Shown here: one piece after another, positions 53,697 through 63,797 of the stretch
Layout: every line of letters begins with the position of its first letter
Numbering within the stretch: the stretch's first letter is position 1
Assembly: GCA_012523075.1 (NCBI GenBank)
Contig: JAAYJF010000075.1
Coordinates: forward strand, 21,009-85,008
Direction: 5' to 3'
DNA: 64,000 nucleotides
Source: Clostridiales bacterium
GTDB taxonomy: Bacteria > Bacillota > Clostridia > Ch29
Program-made: the position numbers and the translations under genes
The notes under the pieces: generated by a model
What the model was told of the DNA's origin: nothing
Databases searched by the model: none
What the model saw: only the letters and a program-made list of their open reading frames with translations

Positions 53697-54878
53697 ATGA
53701 TGATACTTGTCAAAAGGAATATACCTCCCCTGGTGTTCCTTGTCGTTTCTGTCATGGCATTTTGTTTTATACACGACAACGCCGCTACAGAGGTCATTAC
53801 TCCTACGCTCCTGCCCGAAACCTATACCAGGGACGCCCATATGGACCAGCCGCCAGCGGATTTCCAAAGCATGAGGGTTCCGGTGAAGGCAAAGGGTATC
53901 TACCTTACCGGGTATACTGCCGGAAGCAACAGGTTTTATGATCTGTTGGACCTTTTAAACAGGACCGAATTAAACGCTATGGTTATTGACGTGAAAAATG
54001 ATGACGGGCTTGTAACCTATAAAACCCGTAACGAAATGGCGAACTTTGTCGGGGCCAACAGGATTGTTCAAATTAAGGATATAGAAAAAAGGATGGCGGA
54101 CCTCCAAAGAGACAAAGTTTACGCCATAGCCAGGATTGTTGCCTTCAAGGACAACCGGGCGGCCAGCAGTCGGCCCGACCTTGCAATCAAAACCACTTCG
54201 GGAACGGTATGGAGAGATAATAAGGGCAATGCCTGGCTTAATCCGTACAACCGCGAGGGCTGGGAATACCTGCTTGAAATTGCAATGGAGGCTGCAGAAC
54301 ACGGGTTTGACGAGATACAGTTTGACTATGTGAGGTTTCCCACCGACGGCAACAGGAGGATTATTCATTACGGGGAGGCTAAAGAAAAGGAAAGCATGTC
54401 CGAGGCCATAGCTGCATTCATGAAATATGCCACCGAAAAGCTTAATAAAAAAGGTGTTTTTGTTTCCGCCGATATATTTGGCCAGGTTACCACCAATAAG
54501 GACGATATGGGACTGGGCCAGCAGCTTGAGGACCTGACGGCAAGCACCAACGTGCTATGTCCCATGGTGTATCCATCCCATTATTATCCCGGAGTTTACG
54601 GGGTTAGCTATCCCGACTTCCAGCCCTACAGAATAGTATATACCAGCATGAGTACTGCGGTTAAAAGGATGGAAGAGGTGGAGACAAGCGGCGACAAGGC
54701 CTTACTGCGGCCCTGGCTGCAGGACTTTACCGCCACTTATCTAAAGGACGGCTACCAGGTCTATGGTCCAAAGCAGGTAAGGGAGCAAATACAGGCTACC
54801 TATGATGCCGGTGTGGAGGAATGGCTTTTGTGGAACGCCGGTAACTATTATACTGAAGGAGCACTGCTTGAGGAATAA
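53697..54878 (+). CDS. Putative glycoside hydrolase, TIM-barrel (DUF4015-like), with N-terminal signal/TM
   Basis: 393 aa; N-terminal hydrophobic segment; ..GFDEIQFDYVRFP.. motif typical of this family. Confidence 0.55.
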   Translation: MMILVKRNIPPLVFLVVSVMAFCFIHDNAATEVITPTLLPETYTRDAHMDQPPADFQSMRVPVKAKGIYLTGYTAGSNRFYDLLDLLNRTELNAMVIDVKNDDGLVTYKTRNEMANFVGANRIVQIKDIEKRMADLQRDKVYAIARIVAFKDNRAASSRPDLAIKTTSGTVWRDNKGNAWLNPYNREGWEYLLEIAMEAAEHGFDEIQFDYVRFPTDGNRRIIHYGEAKEKESMSEAIAAFMKYATEKLNKKGVFVSADIFGQVTTNKDDMGLGQQLEDLTASTNVLCPMVYPSHYYPGVYGVSYPDFQPYRIVYTSMSTAVKRMEEVETSGDKALLRPWLQDFTATYLKDGYQVYGPKQVREQIQATYDAGVEEWLLWNAGNYYTEGALLEE

Positions 54879-55220
54879 AGGGCGTAAAGCCCTTTTGCTT
54901 TATACACGTTATATTTAGGCTTCACGAAGGTGAATTGCCAGGCATCCATCATCTACGCTGCGCAAACCCGCAGTAATGCTCGTATGAGCTCGATGGCTCC
55001 GGGAATTTTCAAAAACTCGCCTAACGGCTCAAACACTTGAAAATTCTTATCCTCCGCCCTCTGCGCTCCTTTTATTTGTGCGGGATAAAGCTCCGCTTCA
55101 GATGACTTGATGCCTGGTTACGAAACGTTTGGGGTGATATGAGGTTTCATGATGTCCATAAAACGGTTTGAATAAGTTGAGGTTTTCTTCAGACTGAGGG
55201 GCGTAAAGCCCTTTTTTAAT
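54879..55220. repeat. Segment bounded by direct repeats GGGCGTAAAGCCCTTTT containing a degenerate copy of the dispersed repeat family
   Basis: The direct repeat occurs at 54879-54897 and 55201-55220. The internal ..CTCCGCCCTC.. and ..GATGACTTGATGCCTGGTTACGAAA resemble the 61403 copy. Confidence 0.3.
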
Positions 55221-55548
55221 ATTATCGCACGCCGGGGGGCAGAATAGTATCAAACGGCAATGCGGGAGGGATACAAAGAGGGGATGGGTGGACTGAGTAT
55301 AATGAAAAGGATTATTTCTGTAATAGGCAGAGGTTCCGGGAAAAAGGATACGGAATTCGCCAACGAAGACGGGCCGGTTCTACACGGGGATACCGAGGAT
55401 CCGTCCGGGCCAACCGCCCGTTCGGATACGGTGCAGCCCACCGGGGACGTGTACAGCAAACAGGAGAAGATACAGGAAGGAAAATAGGGATGTACTCCCT
55501 ATTTTTAATTAGAGAAAAAGAGGGTATAACTAGAGGTATAAATGCCAA

Positions 55549-55619
55549 TTGACACCAAAAAAAAGTGGTGATACAATATATTGTATAACCAATCATGGGA
55601 ATAACACTATATATAGTAC
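55549..55619 (+). promoter_or_regulatory. nrdJ promoter (TTGACA-17-TACAAT) with two NrdR boxes
   Basis: -35 at 55549-55554 and -10 at 55572-55577. NrdR box 1 ATACAATATATTGTAT (55571-55586) is a perfect palindrome overlapping the -10. Box 2 ACACTATATATAGTAC (55604-55619) lies ~33 bp downstream. Confidence 0.65.
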
Positions 55620-55631
55620 GGGGGTGTACAT

Positions 55632-57899
55632 GTGCAGCTTTCGGATAATGCCATTAGGGTTTTGGAAAGGAGATACCTTACAAAGAATGAAGAGGGAGAG
55701 GTAATAGAGGCTCCGGAGCAGATGTTCCGACGGGTAGCCCGTACGGTAGCATCGGCGGAGGCCTGTTACAATACCGGCACCAACCCTGAGGAGCTGGAAG
55801 AAACCTTTTACCAGCTGCTTAGCAGCCTTGAGTTTATCCCGAACTCGCCTACCCTTATGAATGCCGGCAAGGACCTGGGGCAGCTTTCCGCATGCTTTGT
55901 GCTACCGGTGGAAGATTCCATGGAGGGAATATTCGACGCGATAAAACAGGCGGCAATAATACACAAGAGCGGTGGGGGGACGGGCTTTAGCTTTTCACGG
56001 CTCCGTCCCGCCGGTGCTACGGTAAATTCCACTGGCGGCGTGGCTTCTGGACCGGTTAGCTTTATGAAGGTTTTTAACGCCGCCACCGAGGCGGTAAAGC
56101 AGGGGGGCGTACGAAGGGGTGCCAACATGGGTATTCTGCGGGTGGACCACCCGGATATCCTGGAATTCATTAAATGCAAGAGCGATAATAAGGATATTAC
56201 CAACTTCAATATTTCCGTTGCAGTTACCGAGGAATTTATGAGGGCGGTGGAAAGGGGCGGGGAGTATGCCCTTATAAATCCCCGGGATAAAAGCATTATC
56301 CGGTACATAGATGCAAGGGAAGTCTTTGACCTTATAGTGGAAATGGCGTGGAAGAATGGTGAGCCCGGTATCATATTCATAGACAGGATTAACGAATACA
56401 ATATTCTTAAAAAAATTGGGGATATAGAGAGTACAAACCCGTGCGGGGAGCAAGTTCTGTTACCCTATGAATCCTGCAATTTAGGCTCCATAAACCTGGC
56501 CAGGCTGGTCAAAAAAGAAGGAGACAAGACGGTTATTGACTACCAAAGGCTTGGCAAAATAGTGGATGACGCCGTTTGGTTCCTTGACAACGTGATTGAT
56601 GTAAATAAGTATCCGCTGGAGTCAATCGAAAAAGCCACTAAAGGTTCCAGAAAGATAGGCCTTGGTGTGATGGGCTTTGCGGATATGCTTATAAGGCTAG
56701 GGATACCCTATGATACGGACGAGGCGGTTGCGGCTGCCGAGGAGGTTATGGGCTTTATAAACCGGCGCTCCAAGGAAAAGTCGGCAGAGCTTGCCGCGGT
56801 AAAAGGGAGGTTCCCCTTTTATCAAGACAGTACCTACGCGGCGCAAGGCATTGAACTTAGAAATGCCACCACCACCACCATAGCCCCCACCGGTACCATA
56901 AGCATAATCGCCAACGTCTCCAGCGGCATAGAACCCTTGTTTGCTCTATCCTTTGTACGCAACGTGATGGATAATGACCGCCTGCCGGAGGTGCATCCCA
57001 TATTTGAGGAAATAGCCAAAAGAAAAGGGTTTTATAGCCGGGAACTGATGGAAGAGATTGCCCGCAAAGGAACGCTGCGGGATATAGGGGGTGTGCCGGA
57101 GGATGTAAAAAGGCTATTTGCGACGGCCCATGACATAGGCCCCGAGTGGCACGTAAGGATGCAGGCTGCTTTCCAGAGGCATACCGACAATGCGGTGTCC
57201 AAAACGGTTAATTTCCCCAGCCATGCCACAAGGGAGGACGTGCGGAAGGTATACCTCCTTGCGCACAAACTGGGCTGTAAGGGAGTAACCATATACAGGG
57301 ACAAAAGCAGGGAAGAGCAGGTACTTAGCATTGGAAACCATGACGGCGCTCGGGGGGGTGCGAAGGGCGAAAAGGCGGCAGGGGCCGCGGGGAGAGAGAC
57401 CATAACCCCCAGAACAAGGCCGGAGATTACCAAGGGGCTTACCGAGAAGGTGAAGATTGGCTGTGGCAACCTTTATATAACGGTAAACTATGATGATAGT
57501 GGTATATGCGAGGTATTCACCAACCTGGGCCGTGCCGGGGGATGCCCCAGCCAAAGCGAAGCCACCAGCCGGCTTGTATCCATAGCCCTCCGGTCGGGGA
57601 TAAGCGTTGAAGCGATAATAGAGCAACTTAAAGGGATACGCTGCCATTCAACCATCAGGCAAAAGGCCAACGGAAACGAGGTGAAGGTGCTTTCCTGCCC
57701 CGATGCCATAGGAAAAGCCATTGAAAGGGCCATGAAAATGAACCGCGGAGCCGGTGCCATTGTTAAGGAGGACCTGACGGCCGAGGGTGCTCCGGCCAGG
57801 GACGGTTTAAAGGCTATATGCCCCGAGTGCAACGGTGCGCTGGAGCACGAGAGTGGCTGCGTTGTGTGCCGTAGCTGCGGGTTTTCAAGGTGCGGCTGA
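55632..57899 (+). CDS. nrdJ: Adenosylcobalamin-dependent ribonucleoside-triphosphate/diphosphate reductase (class II RNR)
   Basis: 755 aa; active-site TNPCGEQ; C-terminal Cys pairs [14 protein letters not shown]; GTG start with a GGGGGTG ribosome-binding site. Confidence 0.93.
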   Translation: MQLSDNAIRVLERRYLTKNEEGEVIEAPEQMFRRVARTVASAEACYNTGTNPEELEETFYQLLSSLEFIPNSPTLMNAGKDLGQLSACFVLPVEDSMEGIFDAIKQAAIIHKSGGGTGFSFSRLRPAGATVNSTGGVASGPVSFMKVFNAATEAVKQGGVRRGANMGILRVDHPDILEFIKCKSDNKDITNFNISVAVTEEFMRAVERGGEYALINPRDKSIIRYIDAREVFDLIVEMAWKNGEPGIIFIDRINEYNILKKIGDIESTNPCGEQVLLPYESCNLGSINLARLVKKEGDKTVIDYQRLGKIVDDAVWFLDNVIDVNKYPLESIEKATKGSRKIGLGVMGFADMLIRLGIPYDTDEAVAAAEEVMGFINRRSKEKSAELAAVKGRFPFYQDSTYAAQGIELRNATTTTIAPTGTISIIANVSSGIEPLFALSFVRNVMDNDRLPEVHPIFEEIAKRKGFYSRELMEEIARKGTLRDIGGVPEDVKRLFATAHDIGPEWHVRMQAAFQRHTDNAVSKTVNFPSHATREDVRKVYLLAHKLGCKGVTIYRDKSREEQVLSIGNHDGARGGAKGEKAAGAAGRETITPRTRPEITKGLTEKVKIGCGNLYITVNYDDSGICEVFTNLGRAGGCPSQSEATSRLVSIALRSGISVEAIIEQLKGIRCHSTIRQKANGNEVKVLSCPDAIGKAIERAMKMNRGAGAIVKEDLTAEGAPARDGLKAICPECNGALEHESGCVVCRSCGFSRCG

Positions 57900-58079
57900 T
57901 GTGGTAGCAAATCTGCAGTGGAATTTTCATAAAAGGGGTTTACCAACGTTGAATATTATGCTATACTGTACTAGCAAAACAAAATATGGAAACAAAGGGG
58001 AGTAACTCGCCATTTATTTGGTTTTGCCGTCCGTCATCACGGCACCCACGGTGTCCGGGCGGTAATCTTTAAAGAGAGT

Positions 58080-58122
58080 AAGACCTTTATCCACTGCCTT
58101 GGATAGAGGTCTTGTATTTTTT
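58080..58122 (+). terminator. Intrinsic terminator / attenuator hairpin in the 5' leader of the P-type ATPase gene
   Basis: AAGACCTTTATCC ... GATAGAGGTCTT stem followed by GTATTTTTT, 50 nt before the ATPase ATG. Confidence 0.55.
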
Positions 58123-58171
58123 GGTCCCCAAAGGATATAACTATAATGTCAATCTGAAAGGAGAAAGCCGA

Positions 58172-60832
58172 ATGGTAAACGGGGAATGGTACACCTTGGA
58201 AAGGGAGTCTGTGGAGAAGAAGCTTTCTACTTCTATGACTAAAGGGCTTAGCCGGCAAGAAGCGGTCCATAGGCTGAAGCAGTACGGCTACAACGAGATT
58301 GCCCAAAAGGACAGGAAGACCATATTCCAGATGTACGTTGACCAGTTCAAGGACTTTATGATAATAATACTAATAGTTGCCGCAGTAATCTCGGGCCTTT
58401 TGAGGGAATTTACCGATGCGGTGGTTATACTGCTAATAGTGATATTAAACGCTGTTATGGGGGTGGTCCAGGAGAATAAGGCGGAGGAATCCCTGGCGGC
58501 GTTAAAGCGAATGGCGGCACCCAACGCCAAGGTGCTAAGGGGCGGACGCCACGACATAGTACCTGCCAGGCAGCTGGTGCCAGGGGATGTCATAATACTT
58601 GAAACGGGGGACCTGGTGCCTGCCGATATAAGGATAACCACAGCTTCAAACCTGAAGATTCAGGAAGCCGCCCTAACCGGAGAATCCGTTCCGGTGGAAA
58701 AAGACACAAAGCCCCTAGCGCAAAAGAACATCCCTTTGGGTGACCGTGTCAACATGGGCTATTCGGGGAGCATTGTGACCTATGGCCGGGGCAGCGGTAT
58801 CGTTGTGGGGACCGGCATGGAAACAGAAGTAGGCAAGATTGCCGAAATGATACAGTCTGCCGAAGAGGTGGAGACTCCGCTCAAAAAAAGGCTCCAGGCT
58901 CTGGGAAAAATCTTGGGCCTCTCTGCCCTTACCATTTGCGCGGTAATTTTTGTAGTAGGAGTATTATACGGAAAAGGGATATTCGAGATGTTCCTCACGT
59001 CGGTAAGCCTGGCAGTGGCCGCCATACCCGAAGGGCTACCGGCTATTGCCACCATAGTGCTTGCCATAGGCGTACAGCGTATGGTAAAACGAAACGCCAT
59101 AGTAAGAAGGCTGCCCTCGGTGGAGACCCTGGGTAGTGCAACGGTAATTTGCTCGGACAAGACCGGAACGCTCACCCAAAACAGGATGACGGTGGAGAAG
59201 ATGTATTACCACAGCGGTATTTGCAGCGTTGCCGAGGCCATTAATGGTGAGAACAAAAGCGACCTTTTCCGGTTGCTTGTTATGACGGGGGTACTGTGCA
59301 ACGATTCCAAGCTTAAGGAAAGCGAAGAGGGAATAATAGCCTTGGGCGACCCAACCGAGACAGCACTGATAGACCTTGGCCTCAAGGCAGATATAAACAA
59401 GGACACGCTGGAGGCGGAGCAGCCAAGGGTGGACGAGGTGCCCTTCGATTCCAAGCGTAAGCTTATGACCACGGTACACGCGCTTGAAAATCGTTACCGT
59501 GTTTATACAAAGGGAGCGGTTGAAGAACTGCTTAGGATATCCGACAGCATTTTGCAGGACGGGCGGGCCGTAAAGCTGGAGGAACATCACAGGGCCGCCA
59601 TACTGGAAACAAACGAGAGGATGGCACGGGATGCCATGAGGGTGCTCGGGATGGCCTATAAGGATATTGACACCCTTTCGCAGGAAAGCGGGGAGGAAGC
59701 CTACGAAAGTGGTCTTATATTCATAGGAATGATGGGAATGATAGACCCTCCGCGACCGGAGGCCTGCGAAGCGGTAAAACTTTGCAAAAGGGCGGGCATA
59801 AAGCCGGTAATGATAACCGGAGACCATAGCGTCACTGCCGTGGCGATAGCCCGGGACTTGGGGATACTCACCGGGGATGAGGAGGCGGTTACCGGGGCCC
59901 AGCTGGAGGATATGAGCGACGGAGAGCTGGAAGAAAGGGTGCGGCGCATTTCGGTATATGCCAGGGTCTCCCCTGAGCATAAGGTAAGGATAGTTAAGGC
60001 CTGGCAGAAACAGGGCCAGATAGTGGCCATGACCGGGGACGGGGTGAATGACGCCCCGGCTCTCAAGATTGCCGATATCGGTGCGGCTATGGGCATTGTG
60101 GGTACCGACGTGGCAAAGGAAGCCTCGGATATGGTCCTGACCGATGACAACTTTGCTACGGTGGTGGCGGCGGTTGAGGAAGGAAGGACTATATTTGCCA
60201 ATATTCTAAAGGCTATACAGTTTCTGCTTTCCTGCAATGTGGGAGAGATTTTGACGCTGTTTGTTGCCACAATGCTAAACTGGCACCAACCGCTTTTGCC
60301 CATTCATATACTATGGGTTAACCTAGTGACCGACAGCCTGCCGGCTCTTGCCCTCGGGGTGGACCCGGCGGAGAAGAACATAATGGACAGAAAACCCAGG
60401 GACCCGGAACGTAACATCTTCGATAAGGGCATGGTAATAAGGATAGTATACCAGGGGATAATGGTGGGGACCCTAACGCTCACAGCCTTCGTATTTGGCA
60501 GCCAAAGGAGCCTGGAGGCCTGAAGGACCATGGCCTTCACCGTGCTGGCGTTAAGCCAGTTGGTTCACTCTTTCAATATGCGCTCAAATAGGCAGTCGGT
60601 ATTTAAGACAGGATTTACGTCAAACAAATACCTTCTAGGGGCGGTGTTAATATCGGCAATGCTGGTATTTATTGTTCTCGAGGTGCCCTTCCTTGCATCG
60701 GTGTTTAGGCTTACAACGCTTAGTATGAAAGAGTGGATAACGGTAGGGCTGCTGGCCCTGGCTCCTATTGTAGTGGTGGAAACAGCGAAGTTTTTGAAAC
60801 TGAACACCACCGCAAATGAGTATGAGGCTTAA
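58172..60832 (+). pseudogene. P-type cation-transporting ATPase (Ca2+-ATPase, YloB/PMCA-SERCA-like) interrupted by an in-frame TGA at 60521-60523
   Basis: 58172..60523 encodes TM1-TM7 plus the DKTGT phosphorylation loop. After the in-frame TGA and two codons, 60530..60832 in the same frame encodes the TM8-TM10 region (..RTMAFTVLALSQLVHSFN..). AAAGGAGAAAG ribosome-binding site at the start. Confidence 0.7.
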
Positions 60833-60871
60833 CGGGTTTTCTTACCCAGCACTGTAGAGGGGTGATATCAA

Positions 60872-61369
60872 TTGTCATTTATACGTTGTTTCCCACCGGT
60901 TGTGGATGAAGAATCTCGGGTAATTATACTGGGGTCCATGCCTGGCCGGGAATCCCTACGAAAAAAAGAATACTACGGCCACCCCAGGAACCAGTTTTGG
61001 AACGTTTTGTACGCTTTGTACGACAGGGAGCCGGACTGGGACTACGGTAAAAAGCTCGCGTTCCTTAAGGAAAAGCATATCGCTCTCTGGGACGTAATAG
61101 AAACGTGCCAGAGGGAGGGAAGTATGGACGCCAATATTACAGGCGAAAAGGCAAACGATTTTGACTGGCTGTTTTGCAACTATCCCGGCATCCGGCATGC
61201 ATTCTTCAACGGAACCAAAGCCTATGAGACCTTCAGAAAAAGGGTAGGTTTCAGGTATGATGGAATTACCTATACAAAATTGGGCTCCACAAGCCCTGCC
61301 AACGTGGTGCAGTTTGAACGGCGGCTGGAGGAATGGAGCATTGTAAAGAGATGCGCGATGAACTTATAA
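60872..61369 (+). CDS. DNA-deoxyinosine glycosylase-like protein (UDG superfamily family 6 / hypoxanthine-DNA glycosylase)
   Basis: 165 aa; ..VIILGSMPG..; ..GSTSPAN.. Confidence 0.5.
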   Translation: MSFIRCFPPVVDEESRVIILGSMPGRESLRKKEYYGHPRNQFWNVLYALYDREPDWDYGKKLAFLKEKHIALWDVIETCQREGSMDANITGEKANDFDWLFCNYPGIRHAFFNGTKAYETFRKRVGFRYDGITYTKLGSTSPANVVQFERRLEEWSIVKRCAMNL

Positions 61370-61402
61370 TCTCCTCCTAAAGGAAGCTATATATAACGCG
61401 AT

Positions 61403-61572
61403 AAAGACTTTACATCTTTTAGCGTGTCATCCTGAGCGCAGCGAAGGATCTTATGCCTGGTTGTAAAAAGATTCTTCGGGCTCCGCCCTCAGAATGACAG
61501 GGTAGGATTCTTCGGGCTTCGCCAACTTAAATGACAAGTAAAGCAATGTAATATTATTAATACTTTGTATAT
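61403..61572 (-). repeat. Dispersed composite intergenic repeat, copy 4 (reverse orientation)
   Basis: GTCATCCTGAGCGCAGCGAAGGATC ... GATTCTTCGGGCTCCGCCCTCAGAATGAC ... GATTCTTCGGGCTTCGCC ... AATGTAATATTATTAATACTTTGTATAT. Its reverse complement matches the termini of copies 1 and 3. Confidence 0.6.
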
Positions 61573-61649
61573 AGCAAGCCAAAGCACAGTATTGCCCGTT
61601 GATAGTGGGTATAGTATTTATTATACTGCTCCAGGCATGGGAGACCGGG

Positions 61650-61844
61650 TTAGAACAGGTTGTTTCTTCCGGCTTCCCTCAACTCATTGACGGGTACCTC
61701 CAGGGTATTGCCCGTCTCCAAAAGCCTTATGCCGGCGGTTTGCTTTGTCTCGTCAATGCTGTCAATCCAGACCGGTGTGTTGTTGTACAGCACTTTAATG
61801 GTGTCCGGGGATTTTAATATTTCGGATGCTCTTTGGGTAAGCAC
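61650..61844 (-). CDS. sspH: Small acid-soluble spore protein H
   Basis: GTG start with a perfect AAAGGAGGTG ribosome-binding site; (M)LTQRASEILKSPDTIKVLYNNTPVWIDSIDETKQTAGIRLLETG.. matches the SspH family; 64 aa. Confidence 0.75.
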   Translation of the reverse strand: MLTQRASEILKSPDTIKVLYNNTPVWIDSIDETKQTAGIRLLETGNTLEVPVNELREAGRNNLF

Positions 61845-62022
61845 TGCGGCACCTCCTTTGTTTTTACTGATTTGAATAATAATATTATTTAATAAAAGAG
61901 CCGTATTATACAATATATATCAAAGGTTATAAGTAAATCTAATCAAAACGAAGGAATTGACAAATATTAATAGAAATGATAAGGATAAAGCGTAAATAAA
62001 CCATTTGGAGGGAGGAAGGGGT

Positions 62023-62364
62023 ATGCCCTGGTGTCCCGAATGTAAAACCGAGTACAGGGAGGGCTTTAGCGTTTGTGCCGACTGCGGCTGCGCCCTTACC
62101 TGGCATAGGCCCCGCGAAGATACCCCGGAAGGGCCCGGGGAAAATGGGGCCTGGGAACATCTGGTGTTTTTATACAACGAGATGGAGGCGGATATAGTGA
62201 CAGGCCTGCTTGAAACCGAGGGGATTCCTGTTATAAAGACCTATAAAGGGATGGGGGTGCTGCACAAGGTATACACCGGAAAGGCTACCGGGGTGGACCT
62301 GTTTGTTCCTGCGGAAAGATTAGCTCAGGCAAAGGAACTGCTGGCGGCACAAACCAGAGACTAA
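62023..62364 (+). CDS. Zinc-ribbon plus DUF2007-like (PII-like) small protein
   Basis: MPWCPECKTEYREGFSVCADCGC..; GGAGGGAGGAAGGGG ribosome-binding site. Confidence 0.5.
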   Translation: MPWCPECKTEYREGFSVCADCGCALTWHRPREDTPEGPGENGAWEHLVFLYNEMEADIVTGLLETEGIPVIKTYKGMGVLHKVYTGKATGVDLFVPAERLAQAKELLAAQTRD

Positions 62365-62594
62365 GGCAAAAAACTACTTCCCGGCCAGATTATTTATACT
62401 TGCCAGGAAGAATAAAGGCGCGATTAAGACATTACAAGGCACAAAATGCAAGTCGAAAACTGAACCAACTATTGCCACAAGCCAATCTCCAAGGATTGTA
62501 AATGAGTTGTATATAGAACGTTATGTTAACAGAGTTGTACAGTGGCAAAGACCACTGATGAAACAACTATAATAATTGTACAAGGAGTGATTTT

Positions 62595-63797
62595 ATGGTT
62601 TCTAAATCTATGTATGCCCTGGGTGCACAGCCCTCCGGAATTCGTGAATTATTCGAATTTGGACGGCAGCGTGCAAAAGAAGTTGGAGCTGAAAACGTAT
62701 TTGATTTTAGCCTGGGTAACCCCAGCATTCCGGCTCCCGGTATGGTAGCAGAGGCCATTTCAAAAACTTTGACAGAGGTATCCCCTGTTGCGGTTCATGG
62801 TTATACCAGTGCTGCGGGCAGCGATGCCTGCCGTGACGCTATTGCAGAAAACCTGAACTCAAGATATAGTACGGGATACACAAGAAATAACGTTTTCATA
62901 ACTTGCGGTGCAGCACCAGCTTTGGTTGCTACTTTTCGGGCATTGGCCGATGACGACGGTGGCAGCGAATTCATTGTCATTGCACCTTTCTTTCCTGAAT
63001 ACAGAGTATTCATAGGAAATGCGGGCGGGAAACCCGTTATAGTTCCGCCTGATACTGATCGTTTCCAGATTGATTTTAATGCTCTTGAAACCGCAATTAA
63101 CGAGCGCACTGCGGCAGTTTTAATAAACTCGCCGAATAACCCTTCCGGCGTTGTCTACACCGAAGGAACCATTAAAATGCTAGCTAAACTTTTGGAGGAA
63201 AAATCCAGGGAATTTGGCCATCCAATCTTCCTGGTTTCAGATGAGCCTTATAGAGAGTTGGTCTATGGTGACGTGCAGGTTCCTTTTGTCCCTAACTATT
63301 ACGATAATACCATCGTTTGCTATTCATTCAGCAAGTCCCTTTCGTTACCGGGTGAGCGTATCGGTTACGTGCTGGTGCCGGACAGTGTTGAGGATGCCCG
63401 TACCGTATTTCTTGCCGTCGCCGGCTCTGCCCGATCGATGGGCCATGTGTGCGCGCCCTCTCTCATGCAGCATGTAATCACAGCCTGCATCAATCTGGTA
63501 CCTGACGTAGCGGTTTACCAGCGCAACGCCAACCTGCTCTATGATGCACTGACCTCCTATGGTTATAACTGCGCTAAGCCGGATGGGGCCTTCTACCTCT
63601 TCTTTGAAGCACCCTGTGGCATAAGCGCCCCGGAGTTTTCTGACTTTGCAAAGGAACGCTATAATGTCCTGGTGGTACCCGGTGACAGTTTCGGCTGTCC
63701 GAATTGGCTTCGCCTTTCCTATTGCGTGGAAACAGAGAGGATAAAAAACGCACTGCCGCGACTGAAACAAATAATTGATCATTTGAAGGAGAAATAG
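62595..63797 (+). CDS. Pyridoxal-phosphate-dependent aminotransferase, class I/II (aspartate/aromatic aminotransferase-like)
   Basis: 400 aa; ..YSFSKSLSLPGERIGY.. PLP-lysine motif; AGGAGTG ribosome-binding site. Confidence 0.9.
   Translation: MVSKSMYALGAQPSGIRELFEFGRQRAKEVGAENVFDFSLGNPSIPAPGMVAEAISKTLTEVSPVAVHGYTSAAGSDACRDAIAENLNSRYSTGYTRNNVFITCGAAPALVATFRALADDDGGSEFIVIAPFFPEYRVFIGNAGGKPVIVPPDTDRFQIDFNALETAINERTAAVLINSPNNPSGVVYTEGTIKMLAKLLEEKSREFGHPIFLVSDEPYRELVYGDVQVPFVPNYYDNTIVCYSFSKSLSLPGERIGYVLVPDSVEDARTVFLAVAGSARSMGHVCAPSLMQHVITACINLVPDVAVYQRNANLLYDALTSYGYNCAKPDGAFYLFFEAPCGISAPEFSDFAKERYNVLVVPGDSFGCPNWLRLSYCVETERIKNALPRLKQIIDHLKEK

Noticed and set aside
60521-60523. Selenocysteine (UGA) recoding in the P-type ATPase
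   Set aside because: No bacterial SECIS-like stem-loop with the required geometry follows the UGA. Selenocysteine in a TM7-TM8 loop of a P-type ATPase has no precedent. Nonsense mutation, sequencing error or a split gene is more parsimonious.
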